Shown here piece after piece: positions 8,075 through 18,655 of a stretch of 64,000 bases of DNA. Position 1 is the stretch's first letter; every line of letters begins with the position of its first letter. The position numbers were made by a program, and so were the translations under genes. Origin of the DNA: Patescibacteria group bacterium (GTDB lineage: Bacteria; Patescibacteriota; Minisyncoccia; Phycocordibacterales; SBAW01); assembly GCA_019752125.1 (NCBI GenBank), contig JAIEMM010000006.1, forward strand, positions 6,120 to 70,119, written 5' to 3'. The notes under the pieces were generated by a model. The model was not told the origin of the DNA, made no database searches, and saw only the letters and a list, made by a program, of their open reading frames with translations.

Positions 8075-9973
8075 ATGTCTGTTCACGAAGGCCTAAACGA
8101 AGCTCAAAAGACGGCCGTTACCTCAATTGAAGGACCAGTACTTGTAATCGCAGGAGCTGGGGCAGGGAAAACCCGCGTTATCGCTCACCGAATTCTAGAA
8201 ATCGTACGCAAAGGCACCCCTCCGGAGCAAATTTTAGCTATCACGTTCACCAACAAAGCTGCCTCAGAGATGCGTGAGCGCGTTTTAGGTCTTGTCGGAG
8301 ACGCTGGGGTACCCTTCGTTTCAACTTTTCACTCTCTCGGTCTTCAGATAATCAAAGAAAATGCGAAGCTGCTTGGGTATAAGCGTACGCCTGTTATTTA
8401 TGACAGGGCCGACTCTCTACGCGAGGTAAAAGCAGCGCTCAAACAGATCGGCACTGAAGAAATCGAGCCTCGCTCAGCGTTGGGTACGATTTCCAAACAA
8501 AAAGGGCAGGGGGTTGTCGCCGACGCGTTTGCTGAAAGTGCGGCGACGTCGCGCGACCGGCTTATCGCACAGGTGTGGGTTATATACGAACAGGCACTCA
8601 AAAAAGATGGGGCGGTAGATTTTGATGATCTTTTGCTTCGCTCGATGCGACTACTCCGCGACAACGAGGAAGTTCGAAAACATTACCAACAGCGTTGGAC
8701 CCATATACATATAGACGAATACCAAGACACAAACTCGGTACAGGCCACGATGGCAGAAATGTTAGTAGGGCCGCAAAAAAATATTTGTGCGGTGGGAGAC
8801 ATCGACCAAACTATTTACGGTTGGCGCGGGGCTGAGATCGCAAACATGCTTATGTTTGAAAAAAAGTTTCCTGGTGCAAAAATAATTTTGCTTGAAGAAA
8901 ACTATCGTTCGACCAAAACAATTCTTGCAGCAGCAAACGAGGTTATTGCAAAAAATGTCTATAGGCGCGAAAAAAATCTCTATACAAAAAATATTGATGG
9001 GGAACCTCTTGGCATCTACCAGGCCTTTGATGAAACAGACGAGGCGGGTTTTATTGCGCGAAAAATAAAAGAGGGGGTGAGAGAGGGTAGAAAGCCCAAG
9101 GATTTTTGTGTGCTCTACCGCGCCAACTTCCAGTCACGCGCTATTGAAGAGCAGTTGCTCGCTGCTGATATTCCATACCAAGTGCTGGGCACACGATTCT
9201 TCGAACGTAAAGAGGTTAAAGATGTTTTGTCGTTTATAAAAACTGCGCTGTTTGAAACACCCGCAGACCTCGCTCGTATTGCAAACGTTCCACCGCGAGG
9301 CATAGGGAAGGTAACCCTGCTCAAACTTCTCAGTGGTAAAGAACAGGAACTTACAGGTGCAGTGCGTGAAAAAATTCACTCACTCCATCTACTTATACAA
9401 AAAATAAAAATGGGGGCAGAGGAATTAAAACCATCTGAGCTCGTGCGCTTCGTCATAACAGAGTCTGGGCTTGAGCGAATGATGAAAGAGGACAAACTTG
9501 AAGGGCCGGAACGGCTTGAAAACTTGCGCGAATTAGTTTCACTTGCGGCCAGATATGATCTGGCCGCCCCGAGCAACGTCGAGGGGCTGCATCTATTCTT
9601 AGAAAACGCAGCGCTTCAAAGTGACCAGGATGAACTTAAACAAGATTCAAATGCAGTGCGTTTAATGACTGTCCATGCTTCGAAAGGCCTTGAATTTCCT
9701 TATGTATTTATCACCGGCCTCGAAGAGGGTTTGTTCCCATACGAACGCATGGGTGGAGATGGTGAAGACCGAGATGACGAAGAAGAGCGTCGCTTAATGT
9801 ACGTTGCCATAACTCGCGCAGAAACAAAGGTGTTTCTTACGTTTGCTTCCTACCGCACCGTCTTTGGTTCAAAAAATTCAACCATCCCTTCAAAATTCCT
9901 CTCTGACATTTCAGACAGCCTCGTCTCCTGGGAAGCGCCTGAACGTATTGGCAGAACTATATATTTGGATTAG
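8075..9973 (+). CDS. pcrA: UvrD/PcrA SF1 helicase
   Basis: AGAGAGKT, IDEYQD, GDIDQTIYGWRGA, EENYRS, MTVHASKGLEF, EERRLMYVAITRA. Confidence 0.95.
   Translation: MSVHEGLNEAQKTAVTSIEGPVLVIAGAGAGKTRVIAHRILEIVRKGTPPEQILAITFTNKAASEMRERVLGLVGDAGVPFVSTFHSLGLQIIKENAKLLGYKRTPVIYDRADSLREVKAALKQIGTEEIEPRSALGTISKQKGQGVVADAFAESAATSRDRLIAQVWVIYEQALKKDGAVDFDDLLLRSMRLLRDNEEVRKHYQQRWTHIHIDEYQDTNSVQATMAEMLVGPQKNICAVGDIDQTIYGWRGAEIANMLMFEKKFPGAKIILLEENYRSTKTILAAANEVIAKNVYRREKNLYTKNIDGEPLGIYQAFDETDEAGFIARKIKEGVREGRKPKDFCVLYRANFQSRAIEEQLLAADIPYQVLGTRFFERKEVKDVLSFIKTALFETPADLARIANVPPRGIGKVTLLKLLSGKEQELTGAVREKIHSLHLLIQKIKMGAEELKPSELVRFVITESGLERMMKEDKLEGPERLENLRELVSLAARYDLAAPSNVEGLHLFLENAALQSDQDELKQDSNAVRLMTVHASKGLEFPYVFITGLEEGLFPYERMGGDGEDRDDEEERRLMYVAITRAETKVFLTFASYRTVFGSKNSTIPSKFLSDISDSLVSWEAPERIGRTIYLD
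9566..9587. repeat. In-frame hairpin element (PSNVEG) in uvrD
   Basis: gcccc-gagcaacgtcga-ggggc, matching the reverse complement of the 59014-59033 family. Confidence 0.6.
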
Positions 9974-9988
9974 TGTGCATACAACGCT

Positions 9989-10765
9989 ATGTATAAGAAG
10001 AAATCTCTCGGACAGAATTTTTTGAAAAGCCCGGCATATTTGCAGGCTATTGTTGATGCCGCGGGCGTGCAGAAAGGGGACTTGGTGCTTGAGATCGGGC
10101 CAGGGGAGGGCGCTCTTACAAAAGAACTTCTTGAGCGTGGAGCAACGGTGGTTGCGGTTGAAAAAGACCACAGGCTTATTCCTATGCTCCACGTAACATT
10201 TGATACACAAATTTACAGCAAACAACTTCAAGTAATAGAAGGGGATGCTCTAGAACTTAACGCGCACGAATTACTTGGAAAGAAAGAATTTAAACTCGTC
10301 GCAAATATTCCGTACTACATTACGGGAGCACTGCTTAAAAAATTCCTTTCAGAGGAAACTGTCCAGCCAAGCACTCTTGTATTTTTAGTTCAAAAAGAAG
10401 TTGCGGAACGAATCTCTAAAAGTAAAAAGGAGAGTATTTTATCTCTTTCAGTAAAAGTATACGGGGACGTGGTGTATGTAAAAACTGTTCCACGCGGTGC
10501 ATTCAGCCCAGCTCCTGAAGTTGATTCTGCAATTTTGCTCGTTAAAAATGTTTCAAAAAAGAATTTTCAAAACGAAAAAGAAGAGCAGCGTTTTTTTACA
10601 CTTGTACGTGCAGGATTTTCACAAAAACGAAAGAAGTTGAAAAACAATCTTGCGGGGGTGCTTGGTTCAGAAACTGCTGCGCGCATGGAAGCGGCGGGAA
10701 TTCCGCAAGACGCACGTGCTGAAGATGTTGCCTTAGAGCAGTGGCTTACGCTCACTAAGGTCTAG
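9989..10765 (+). CDS. rsmA: 16S rRNA m6,2A dimethyltransferase
   Basis: KKSLGQNFL, VLEIGPGEG, VANIPYYIT, FSPAPEVDS. Confidence 0.96.
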   Translation: MYKKKSLGQNFLKSPAYLQAIVDAAGVQKGDLVLEIGPGEGALTKELLERGATVVAVEKDHRLIPMLHVTFDTQIYSKQLQVIEGDALELNAHELLGKKEFKLVANIPYYITGALLKKFLSEETVQPSTLVFLVQKEVAERISKSKKESILSLSVKVYGDVVYVKTVPRGAFSPAPEVDSAILLVKNVSKKNFQNEKEEQRFFTLVRAGFSQKRKKLKNNLAGVLGSETAARMEAAGIPQDARAEDVALEQWLTLTKV

Positions 10766-11219
10766 GGAGTAGGCTTTGGTTTGCCCACTGCATGCGTTCT
10801 CCAAGAAGTGGGGGAACGGGTATCCAATATGGATAGAAAGGTATCTGGCAGCTAAATGGTGCTGTTGGAATAGAAGGGGGCGGACAGCAGAAGTATGGGA
10901 TGTCTGCTATCCCTAATATTTGTTGCCCCACAATGTATGGGGGAGGATCCGGGTTAGGAGAAGGAGGGTATAGAGGGAGCAACCCAGGAGCCGGGACACC
11001 TCGCAAGGTGGCCGGTGTCCATATATAGAACGTGTTCTTTGTGGCAGGGGCCGGAACAATCGTTACAAACTCTGCAGGTCCAGCAGAGCTTGTACACGGA
11101 ACAAATGCCGCTATTTTGCCTCCAAAGGAGAGGCCGCTCGCAGATGCCGACGCCACGACCGGTGTAACTAAGAGCGTGAGCGAAAAAATTGAGGAAACAA
11201 TGGAACTTAGAATGCTCAT
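10755..11219 (-). CDS. Hypothetical exported Cys/Pro-rich protein
   Basis: Hydrophobic N-terminus; TATAAT 6 nt before the ATG at 11219. Confidence 0.65.
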   Translation of the reverse strand: MSILSSIVSSIFSLTLLVTPVVASASASGLSFGGKIAAFVPCTSSAGPAEFVTIVPAPATKNTFYIWTPATLRGVPAPGLLPLYPPSPNPDPPPYIVGQQILGIADIPYFCCPPPSIPTAPFSCQIPFYPYWIPVPPLLGERMQWANQSLLPRP

Positions 11220-11240
11220 ATCCATATTATACTGTAGAGA

Positions 11241-12134
11241 ATGGATACGGGCCGATATCTCCCAAGTACGCAATTTTCTCTTATAGCCATCTCACTATTT
11301 CTTTCGGCAGGCCTTGTGTTTGCTGCAGAATATATAGGTACGCCTTCCACAAGCTCACTTGCGGTAGGCGCCGCACGTGTACAGACACCAGTAGCCGAAG
11401 GCGACTGGAAGTCTTCACTTGAAACTGTGCAGAAAAATTCTGGTATTTCGCTGCCTGCTGCGCCTGACCAAAATACAGTGGAGGCACTTTTGCAGGCCGC
11501 GCAAAGCAATAATCTCACAGACAGTGTGTCAAAAAGCTTATTTGTAAACTTAGTCAACGCTAAAGGGCAGGGGCTCGGTGCCGACATACCAACACAAGAC
11601 CAAATAGTGGCCCAGGCTCTCTCCCAGGTGCCTTCCTCAGTTGGAACAAAAACCTATTTTTCAGAAGACCTTTCCCTTACGGACAACTCATCTGCGTCAC
11701 TGCACGCCTACGGCAATGCCGTAATGGCAATTCTGCAGAAAAATTCTAACCAAGAATATGCAAAAACACTCGTTATCCTCGACGCCATCACAACTAAAAA
11801 CGATGGGGCACAGCTTGAGCTACTAAAACCTATCCAAAAAACCTATCAACATATAGCAGCCGAGCTATTGGAAACACCTGTACCAAAAATGCTCGTCCCT
11901 TTCCATCTGCAGCTTCTAAACGATTTTGAAAATATAGCCGGAACCTACGATAAGTTTACATCGCTCGTTGGTGACCCCCTCAGTGGAATTGCGGCAATAC
12001 AGCAATATAGAACACTCACGCAGGATGCAGGGCAAATGTTCATAAACATCGCACAAACTTTCCAGAAGAACGATATAATTTTCACTAAGGACGAGCCAGG
12101 AGCGACGTGGGCTATTCTTCTGCAATCGCAGTAA
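11241..12134 (+). CDS. Hypothetical membrane-anchored protein, first gene of T4SS-like cluster
   Basis: 297 aa, N-terminal TM segment, helical body. Confidence 0.75.
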   Translation: MDTGRYLPSTQFSLIAISLFLSAGLVFAAEYIGTPSTSSLAVGAARVQTPVAEGDWKSSLETVQKNSGISLPAAPDQNTVEALLQAAQSNNLTDSVSKSLFVNLVNAKGQGLGADIPTQDQIVAQALSQVPSSVGTKTYFSEDLSLTDNSSASLHAYGNAVMAILQKNSNQEYAKTLVILDAITTKNDGAQLELLKPIQKTYQHIAAELLETPVPKMLVPFHLQLLNDFENIAGTYDKFTSLVGDPLSGIAAIQQYRTLTQDAGQMFINIAQTFQKNDIIFTKDEPGATWAILLQSQ

Positions 12135-12140
12135 ATCACA

Positions 12141-14291
12141 ATGAATAAAAAATTCGTTTATATCATCCTCATCGCCCTGGCAATCTTTCTTTTAGTTGCG
12201 CTGCTATGGTGGTGGTTTTTGCGGAGGGAAGGGAGTGCAATTCAAAATACCGGCACTTTTGGCACAGCCCAAAATGCTGCACAAAATAAAGGCTCTTCAA
12301 ACGGAACCTCAACCAACGTCGGCACTCCATTGTCTGGACCGGATGTGTCTATGGATGTGGGGCAAACAAACACTCCACTTGGGGGTATTGGGCAAAATAC
12401 AGTAAATGGCCAAATACCGACACAAGATGGTGGGGCCACTACTGTTGGTCCTATCACTGTTGGGAACCCTGTCATAGTCGGCACAGTAGGAGTGCCGGAT
12501 GTTGTGTGGCTTTCAGGTGACCCTGCAAGTACGACACAGGGTGGGACAACAAACGGCGCAGGTACCGTATTTAACCCAACCGCTATAAATCAAATTGCCC
12601 AATCAAACCCAACTGGCAATGGTGGAATTTTGCCTAACATCGGATACAACGGGTACGGACAGCAAACAAACAATAGTGGCTCAGCGCTAGGCTCTATTGG
12701 AATAGCAGCAGGGGTCGGCGTTGTTAGTTGCGCGATAGTTCCTGCACTTCAAGAAGTAGCATCAAAATTATTTGGAGCAAAAGAGGCCGCTCCACAAGCA
12801 ACAGCTCAGGCTTCAGTGACCGCCGGACAAACTGGGGTAGCTGCTTTAAGCGTCTCCACGATTGACCTAGGAGCAAATACACGTTTAGGTTTGGGTTTTA
12901 CAGGACTCACAGCATCTATTGCAGGGAATCAACAAGGTCAACAAACCATCGACCAGTTTATGGGCTGCATTACGCGCAACGTAGCAAAAATTATGTTGCA
13001 GCAAATCACCAGCAGCGTTGTGAACTGGATTAACTCTGGGTTCAACGGCTCTCCAGCATTCGTGCAAAATCCAACACAGTTTATTCAAAAAACTACTGAT
13101 GTCATCGCCGGTCAATATATCCAAAGTAGCGCGCTTTCGTTTTTATGCAGCCCATTTCAGTTGCAGGTGAAGATTGCTATTGCCCAAAGCTATGCAAACC
13201 GCAACGCGGCTTCGTGTACCCTGACACAAGTTTCCAATAACATAACAGGCTTTATGCGAGGATCCTTCAGCTCGGCGGGAGGTTGGCCAGCATTCCTTTC
13301 ATTTACATCTGTCCCTACCAATAACCCGTATGGTGCATTTATGTACGCATCTGCTGGCTTACTTACCGCTCAAAACAAAGCCCAAAACCAAGTACGTACA
13401 GATTTACTGCAGGGCAGCGGATTCCTTTCCTTCCAGCAAAAAGTGGCAGGAAGCTGTGTAACTACGTCTACGCCACCACCACCAAGTCTTAACAAGTCGA
13501 TAACCGCAAAAACCAGCTCTACTCCAAACTCTTCGCAGCAGCTCTATGAGGTGTGTGACTACGTTACTGCAACTCCAGGAAAGGTTATTGCCGACTCTTT
13601 GGGCGCGACACAAAAAAGCACTCTGGACCAACTTACGCTCGCAAAAAGTTTCGATGAAATAATAAGTGCTCTCATTAATCAGCTGATGACACGTACTCTG
13701 CAAAGCGGACTTTCAAATTTGAGTGGACAGAATGGCTACGCAAGTAACTTCTATACAGTCGACCAGCAACAAGCACAGGGCGCACAACAAACACTACTTG
13801 CTCAAATGCAAAGCGACACAGCAACTGCAAGCCAGTACGGTAGTGTGCAGCAGGGAAGTATCCAAGATATACAAAGTGCCCAAAACCAACTTAACAATGC
13901 ATATAACTGCTGGAACAACGTCGCGCAAACAAGTACGAGCACGACGATAACAGCTTCAGTAAAGACACAAGCTCTCACAAACGCAGCAAGTGCATCTACA
14001 ACTCTAGGTTCACTTAACACGACGGTTGACTCATATAACGATAGAATTACAAAGGTTAACGTTGCAATAGTCGCACTTCAACAACTAGAAAGCCGCGTAC
14101 TTTCTGCCTCGTCGGGCTCTGAAGTATCTGCTATCCAAAATGACTACAATGCCGCTAAAGCTTCTGGGCAATTCCCAACTGCAGCTGATGTAACAAATGC
14201 CCAGCAAAACCGCGTAACGTTGCAAAGCCAAATGTCGACCATAAGCTCACAGGCGAACGATTCCCTTCAACAATGCAATGCTATTTTCTAA
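12141..14291 (+). CDS. Large membrane-anchored S/T/Q-rich protein (possible VirB5/adhesin-like)
   Basis: N-terminal TM segment, paired Cys, C-terminal coiled coil; adjacent to VirB6-like gene. Confidence 0.7.
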   Translation: MNKKFVYIILIALAIFLLVALLWWWFLRREGSAIQNTGTFGTAQNAAQNKGSSNGTSTNVGTPLSGPDVSMDVGQTNTPLGGIGQNTVNGQIPTQDGGATTVGPITVGNPVIVGTVGVPDVVWLSGDPASTTQGGTTNGAGTVFNPTAINQIAQSNPTGNGGILPNIGYNGYGQQTNNSGSALGSIGIAAGVGVVSCAIVPALQEVASKLFGAKEAAPQATAQASVTAGQTGVAALSVSTIDLGANTRLGLGFTGLTASIAGNQQGQQTIDQFMGCITRNVAKIMLQQITSSVVNWINSGFNGSPAFVQNPTQFIQKTTDVIAGQYIQSSALSFLCSPFQLQVKIAIAQSYANRNAASCTLTQVSNNITGFMRGSFSSAGGWPAFLSFTSVPTNNPYGAFMYASAGLLTAQNKAQNQVRTDLLQGSGFLSFQQKVAGSCVTTSTPPPPSLNKSITAKTSSTPNSSQQLYEVCDYVTATPGKVIADSLGATQKSTLDQLTLAKSFDEIISALINQLMTRTLQSGLSNLSGQNGYASNFYTVDQQQAQGAQQTLLAQMQSDTATASQYGSVQQGSIQDIQSAQNQLNNAYNCWNNVAQTSTSTTITASVKTQALTNAASASTTLGSLNTTVDSYNDRITKVNVAIVALQQLESRVLSASSGSEVSAIQNDYNAAKASGQFPTAADVTNAQQNRVTLQSQMSTISSQANDSLQQCNAIF

Positions 14292-16881
14292 CTCTCTGAC
14301 ATACCTAAAAGGAAAAAATCTGCGACGCGTCGTAGCGGGGGTTTTACTGTTACTTGTATTTTTATTGCCTGTTCAAAATGTGCTGACTACACCGGTCGTG
14401 TCTGTGGCACATGCCCAGGACGCAGCATTCTGCGACAACGCAAGTACGTGTCTCACCAGTATTGTGTATCTGTTTGCCGTCTATATACCAACAAACTTTG
14501 CGTATGCCGCTGGGTATCTTTTTAACGCTGCCCTCCAACTTGCCTTAAATAGTGCCTCGTATGCATTGAACTTTCTTTCGCTGGGGTGGACAATCGTGCG
14601 TGATATCGCAAATCTGACATTTATCTTCATCCTTATATACATCGCGTACATAATCATCATGCGTGCCGAGAGCTCTGGAACGATGCGCATGCTTGCGTGG
14701 GTTGTTGCGATGGCGCTGCTTATTAACTTCAGCTTCTTTATAACTCGCATAGTTATCGATGCGGGGAATATTCTTTCAGTGCAGTTCTACAATGCCATAA
14801 GTATCCCAAACACAATACCTTCTCCCTTAAGCACTCAACAATGTCCACCAAACTGTATCAAAGACCTCACAGGGGGCATCATGGACGCAGTAAAGGTCCA
14901 AAGTATTTTGGGAGATAAGTCATTTAATGCTTTCATTAATGACCCTAAGCAAAAAGATGGTATCGGCACCTTTAGTACAAACGTGCTTGTGCAAACGCTG
15001 GTATTCGTTTCAGTTGGAATATTTTTGTCACTACTTGGGTTTGTATTCCTTATCGTTGGTATAAAATTCATCGTCCGTGTTGTAGTGCTGTGGCTTACCA
15101 TAGTAGCCTCTCCGCTTGCGTTTGCAGCCCACGCGCTTCCAAGCAACAAAAAAGTTATGGGATATTACCAGATGTGGCAGGACAATCTCATACAGTCGGC
15201 ATTTTACCCCGCAGTATTCTTGTTTTTGTTCTTCATAATGAACCTATTCTTGGTGGCGTTGGCCGGCGACAAGGGCCTTGTACCAAATATTTTCAATTCT
15301 ATTGCCCAGATAAATAACAGTAGCGCGAGCGCCGCCCAAGCTGGCATAAGCGTTATCGCAAACATCGGGGTCCGCATGGGCTTGGTGATAGTGCTTCTGT
15401 ACTTTGCAATGAAAGCATCGGACGCCTTCAGTTCGATGGGGAGCGGAATGGCAAATAGTATTGCGAGCTGGACAGGCAGCAAGGCTGCAAACATGACCGC
15501 TGGAACTTCTTCATGGCTTGCTCGAAACAGCGCTGGGCGGCTTGCAAACGCAGCTGCGCGCAGCGCGACAGTGCGTGACTGGGCAGCCAAAAACCCTCTC
15601 TATGGAGGACGCCTGGTGTCTGGCGCGCTTAACAAAGCCGCAACCTCAAGTCTTGATATACGCGGTATTGGAGGTCTAAAAAGTCTTGTGGGTAAGGCTG
15701 GTTTTGACCTGAGTGGCCCAGGCGGTAAGGGTGGGTATAGGCAGCAAGAGGCTGACAGAGCAAAAGCGGCTGAAAAATTTGCAAAAGGTCTTAAGAGTGA
15801 TGCTATATACATAAAGCAAAATGCATTAGCTGTTGGGAAAGCGGACCAGGAAAGAATTAAAAGAGAGGGAGTTGCAGCTGCAATTCGCGAATACCAAGAA
15901 GCATATGACTCAAAAAGAAAGCCCGGAGAACAGGCGTTCCATGAGCGCATGCAAAATCTTGAGAAGGCTCGGGTCGAAGCTGAGAGAGCTGCTGCTGCTT
16001 TTAAGGCTTCTGGGGATAAAACAGGAGAAGCTGCTGCTCAATCTGCCCTTATGGCTAATAATCGCCAGATAGCCGAGCTGCAGTCGGCGAGTGCTAAAAA
16101 ATATACGGATGCTGAGAAAGCATTGGCCGAACTCGCAGAAAAAGGAGAATCTGCGGCTCTGAAAAAGATTGGTGAAAATAGGATTAAAGACATGGATAAG
16201 AAACGTATCAATGAAGCTGCAGACTACGAAGAGAGCCGCCGTTTTGGAAATATGTACATGCCTTCAGTTGGGAATATTGAGGGCGCGATGAAAATGAGTA
16301 AGGTTGCGAGTGGCAAAACAGATGTGAGTGAGGCGGCAGAGCACCTCTTGCATGCAATACACGAGCAAAATGGAGGTGGACATGGAAAAGGCCATGACGA
16401 AGAAAAAAAGCAGCCAGAAAAGAAAACGGAAAAGAAGGGTGATGCAAAACCTAAAGATGAGCATCCACCTGATCCTCACCACCTGACCTTAAAAGGCATT
16501 CAAGCAGCGGCTCAACACTACGGGAGCAATGAGGCTGCAGGCGATGCAATTATGGAGAAAATCAAACGATTAGATTTGAGAATGAGAAACGTGCAAGAAA
16601 ACACCTCGTCTCAAGGAGCGCAAATGGCCGGCGTTCAGCAGTCTCTAAACAATCTGCAGCGCCAACGACCATCCACACCAACAAGCCCAACAACATTTGA
16701 AACCAGCTCAACTGGGCAAGGAACACTGCGTCCGAAAACAGGCACAACAGTAGTTGGAGGAGCAGATGAAGGAAGAAACCGAAGAATGCCGACTGACAGG
16801 GGAGAACAGGGCGCCCAACGCACAATAGACGAGCTCGCAAATTCAACAAACGACAAACAAAATCCACCTGAAGCTGTATAA
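14278..16881 (+). CDS. VirB6/TrbL-like polytopic membrane protein with long cytoplasmic tail
   Basis: GWTIVRDIANL, ALLINFSFFITRIVIDAGN, IVASPLAF; many TM segments. Confidence 0.75.
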   Translation: MLFSNSLTYLKGKNLRRVVAGVLLLLVFLLPVQNVLTTPVVSVAHAQDAAFCDNASTCLTSIVYLFAVYIPTNFAYAAGYLFNAALQLALNSASYALNFLSLGWTIVRDIANLTFIFILIYIAYIIIMRAESSGTMRMLAWVVAMALLINFSFFITRIVIDAGNILSVQFYNAISIPNTIPSPLSTQQCPPNCIKDLTGGIMDAVKVQSILGDKSFNAFINDPKQKDGIGTFSTNVLVQTLVFVSVGIFLSLLGFVFLIVGIKFIVRVVVLWLTIVASPLAFAAHALPSNKKVMGYYQMWQDNLIQSAFYPAVFLFLFFIMNLFLVALAGDKGLVPNIFNSIAQINNSSASAAQAGISVIANIGVRMGLVIVLLYFAMKASDAFSSMGSGMANSIASWTGSKAANMTAGTSSWLARNSAGRLANAAARSATVRDWAAKNPLYGGRLVSGALNKAATSSLDIRGIGGLKSLVGKAGFDLSGPGGKGGYRQQEADRAKAAEKFAKGLKSDAIYIKQNALAVGKADQERIKREGVAAAIREYQEAYDSKRKPGEQAFHERMQNLEKARVEAERAAAAFKASGDKTGEAAAQSALMANNRQIAELQSASAKKYTDAEKALAELAEKGESAALKKIGENRIKDMDKKRINEAADYEESRRFGNMYMPSVGNIEGAMKMSKVASGKTDVSEAAEHLLHAIHEQNGGGHGKGHDEEKKQPEKKTEKKGDAKPKDEHPPDPHHLTLKGIQAAAQHYGSNEAAGDAIMEKIKRLDLRMRNVQENTSSQGAQMAGVQQSLNNLQRQRPSTPTSPTTFETSSTGQGTLRPKTGTTVVGGADEGRNRRMPTDRGEQGAQRTIDELANSTNDKQNPPEAV

Positions 16882-16919
16882 AATACGTTGGACCGATTTG
16901 GTTGCGGTACAATATAGAC

Positions 16920-17546
16920 ATGCCTGAGGATTCTACGAACTCAACTCAAAATCAAATAGAGCAGCGACTTGCTGAACTGCCGCAAGACGTGCGAGACGCT
17001 ATGCTTTCTGCACAGCTTGGAGAAAATTTGCGTGCAATAGGCCAAAAACATGGTCTCCATATAGACCAAGTTGGTGTATTGGAAGACGAAACCATGCTTG
17101 TGATGCTTGGGTTTTTTGAGCCCGAAGACTTCAACAACCAACTCATCGCACAACTGAGAATTTCTCCCGCTGACGCAGAGGCCATAACGCAGGAGGTGAC
17201 TCAGCAGGTTTTTCTTCCAATTCGGGAATCTATGAAAGCCTTTACGGAATCTAAACGCAAAATTATGTCTGAACCTGCGCAAGTTCGTCCGATCGGTTCC
17301 GTCGAACCGCGGCCCGATCTTGCTCCGGCATCCGCAACAGTTGGGGCCACTTCTACTAACATTCCGATCAGGATTGAAACGCCGCAGCAGAATCCGGTTG
17401 CGCCGCCCCAAGCGGCGTCAGAGGGTTCTGCGCAGGCAAAACCAACAATGCCTCCGATGCCAAATGCAGAAAAAATGCTGACACAAACGACTGTTACTAA
17501 ACCTATCTACAAAACTGACCCGTATCGTGAGCCAATAGAGCCGTAG
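16920..17546 (+). CDS. Conserved hypothetical protein
   Basis: IGQKHGLHIDQVGVLEDET...DPYREPIE; TACAAT 6 nt before ATG. Confidence 0.75.
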   Translation: MPEDSTNSTQNQIEQRLAELPQDVRDAMLSAQLGENLRAIGQKHGLHIDQVGVLEDETMLVMLGFFEPEDFNNQLIAQLRISPADAEAITQEVTQQVFLPIRESMKAFTESKRKIMSEPAQVRPIGSVEPRPDLAPASATVGATSTNIPIRIETPQQNPVAPPQAASEGSAQAKPTMPPMPNAEKMLTQTTVTKPIYKTDPYREPIEP

Positions 17547-17577
17547 CCTCAGAAATTTTGCTATATACTAAAGGGGA

Positions 17578-17979
17578 ATGCGATACCAAGTTCCTCAATT
17601 TATTGAAGTTGAAGATAAAATATTCGGGCCACTAACCCTGAAACAGTTCGTGTATTTGGCAGGCGGAGGAGGTCTCTGTCTCGCATTTTTTACACTGCTT
17701 CCTTTTTTTGTGTTCGTCATACTCGCCATCCCAGTTATGGGCCTCTCGTTGGCTCTTGCGTTTTATCGAGTAAACGACCGCCCTTTTATCACCGCCATAG
17801 AACACGCATTTGGTTTCTACACTAACAGCAAACTCTATTTGTGGAAGCAGCGCCCGCCGGAACTCGTGCAAACACAAGCTACCGCGCAACCAATCACTCA
17901 GGCAATGGTTCCTAAACTTTCAGAAAGCCGCCTCAAAGACCTTGCGTGGTCGTTGAACATTAAAGAGAAAGCGGAGTAA
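17578..17979 (+). CDS. PrgI family (VirB3-like) protein
   Basis: MRYQVPQFIEVEDKIFGPLTLKQF plus two TM segments. Confidence 0.88.
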   Translation: MRYQVPQFIEVEDKIFGPLTLKQFVYLAGGGGLCLAFFTLLPFFVFVILAIPVMGLSLALAFYRVNDRPFITAIEHAFGFYTNSKLYLWKQRPPELVQTQATAQPITQAMVPKLSESRLKDLAWSLNIKEKAE

Positions 17980-17983
17980 TACT

Positions 17984-18649
17984 ATGGCCGACGCACCTAT
18001 AAAAGCACAAGCAACGCAGGATTTCGTACCTATAAAAGAAGTACGGAATGGCATTGTCATACTTAAAGACGGCTCAATGAGAGCGCTTCTTATGGCATCT
18101 TCCATAAACCTTGCGCTTAAATCACAGGATGAGCAAAATGCCATCATCGGCCAGTTCCAAAACTTTTTAAACTCACTTGAGTTCACCGTTCAGTTTTTCG
18201 TCGAGAGTCGCGACCTCGACATCCGTCCCTACCTCGCAATTTTGGAAGAGCGCTATGTTGCAGAACTCGATGACTTGATGAAAATCCAAATCCGAGAATA
18301 CATAAGCTTTATCAAAGATTTCACGGCCCGCTCAAACATCATGTCGAAAAACTTCTTTATCGTAGTTCCATACGACCCAGCGCTTGTTGGAAGAGGGAAG
18401 GGGGTTGCAGGAGCGCTCAGCGCACTCGTTCCATCAAAAAACTCCAGCAACAACGTGCTCACTGACGAACAGTTTGAACAATATCGTACCCAGTTAGAAC
18501 AACGTGTTTCTGTTGTCGAACAAGGTTTGGTGCGCACAGGCGTGCGCGTCGCTCCGCTTGGGACGGAAGAAATTATCGAGTTATTCTATAAGTTGTTTAA
18601 CCCGGGAGAACTTGAGAAGCCTCAGCAGGTAACTCAGATCGTTCACTAA
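17984..18649 (+). CDS. VirB4/TraC N-terminal-like protein
   Basis: SSINLALKSQDEQNAIIGQFQNFLNSL; lies between PrgI and VirB4. Confidence 0.7.
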   Translation: MADAPIKAQATQDFVPIKEVRNGIVILKDGSMRALLMASSINLALKSQDEQNAIIGQFQNFLNSLEFTVQFFVESRDLDIRPYLAILEERYVAELDDLMKIQIREYISFIKDFTARSNIMSKNFFIVVPYDPALVGRGKGVAGALSALVPSKNSSNNVLTDEQFEQYRTQLEQRVSVVEQGLVRTGVRVAPLGTEEIIELFYKLFNPGELEKPQQVTQIVH

Positions 18650-18655
18650 CACTAT

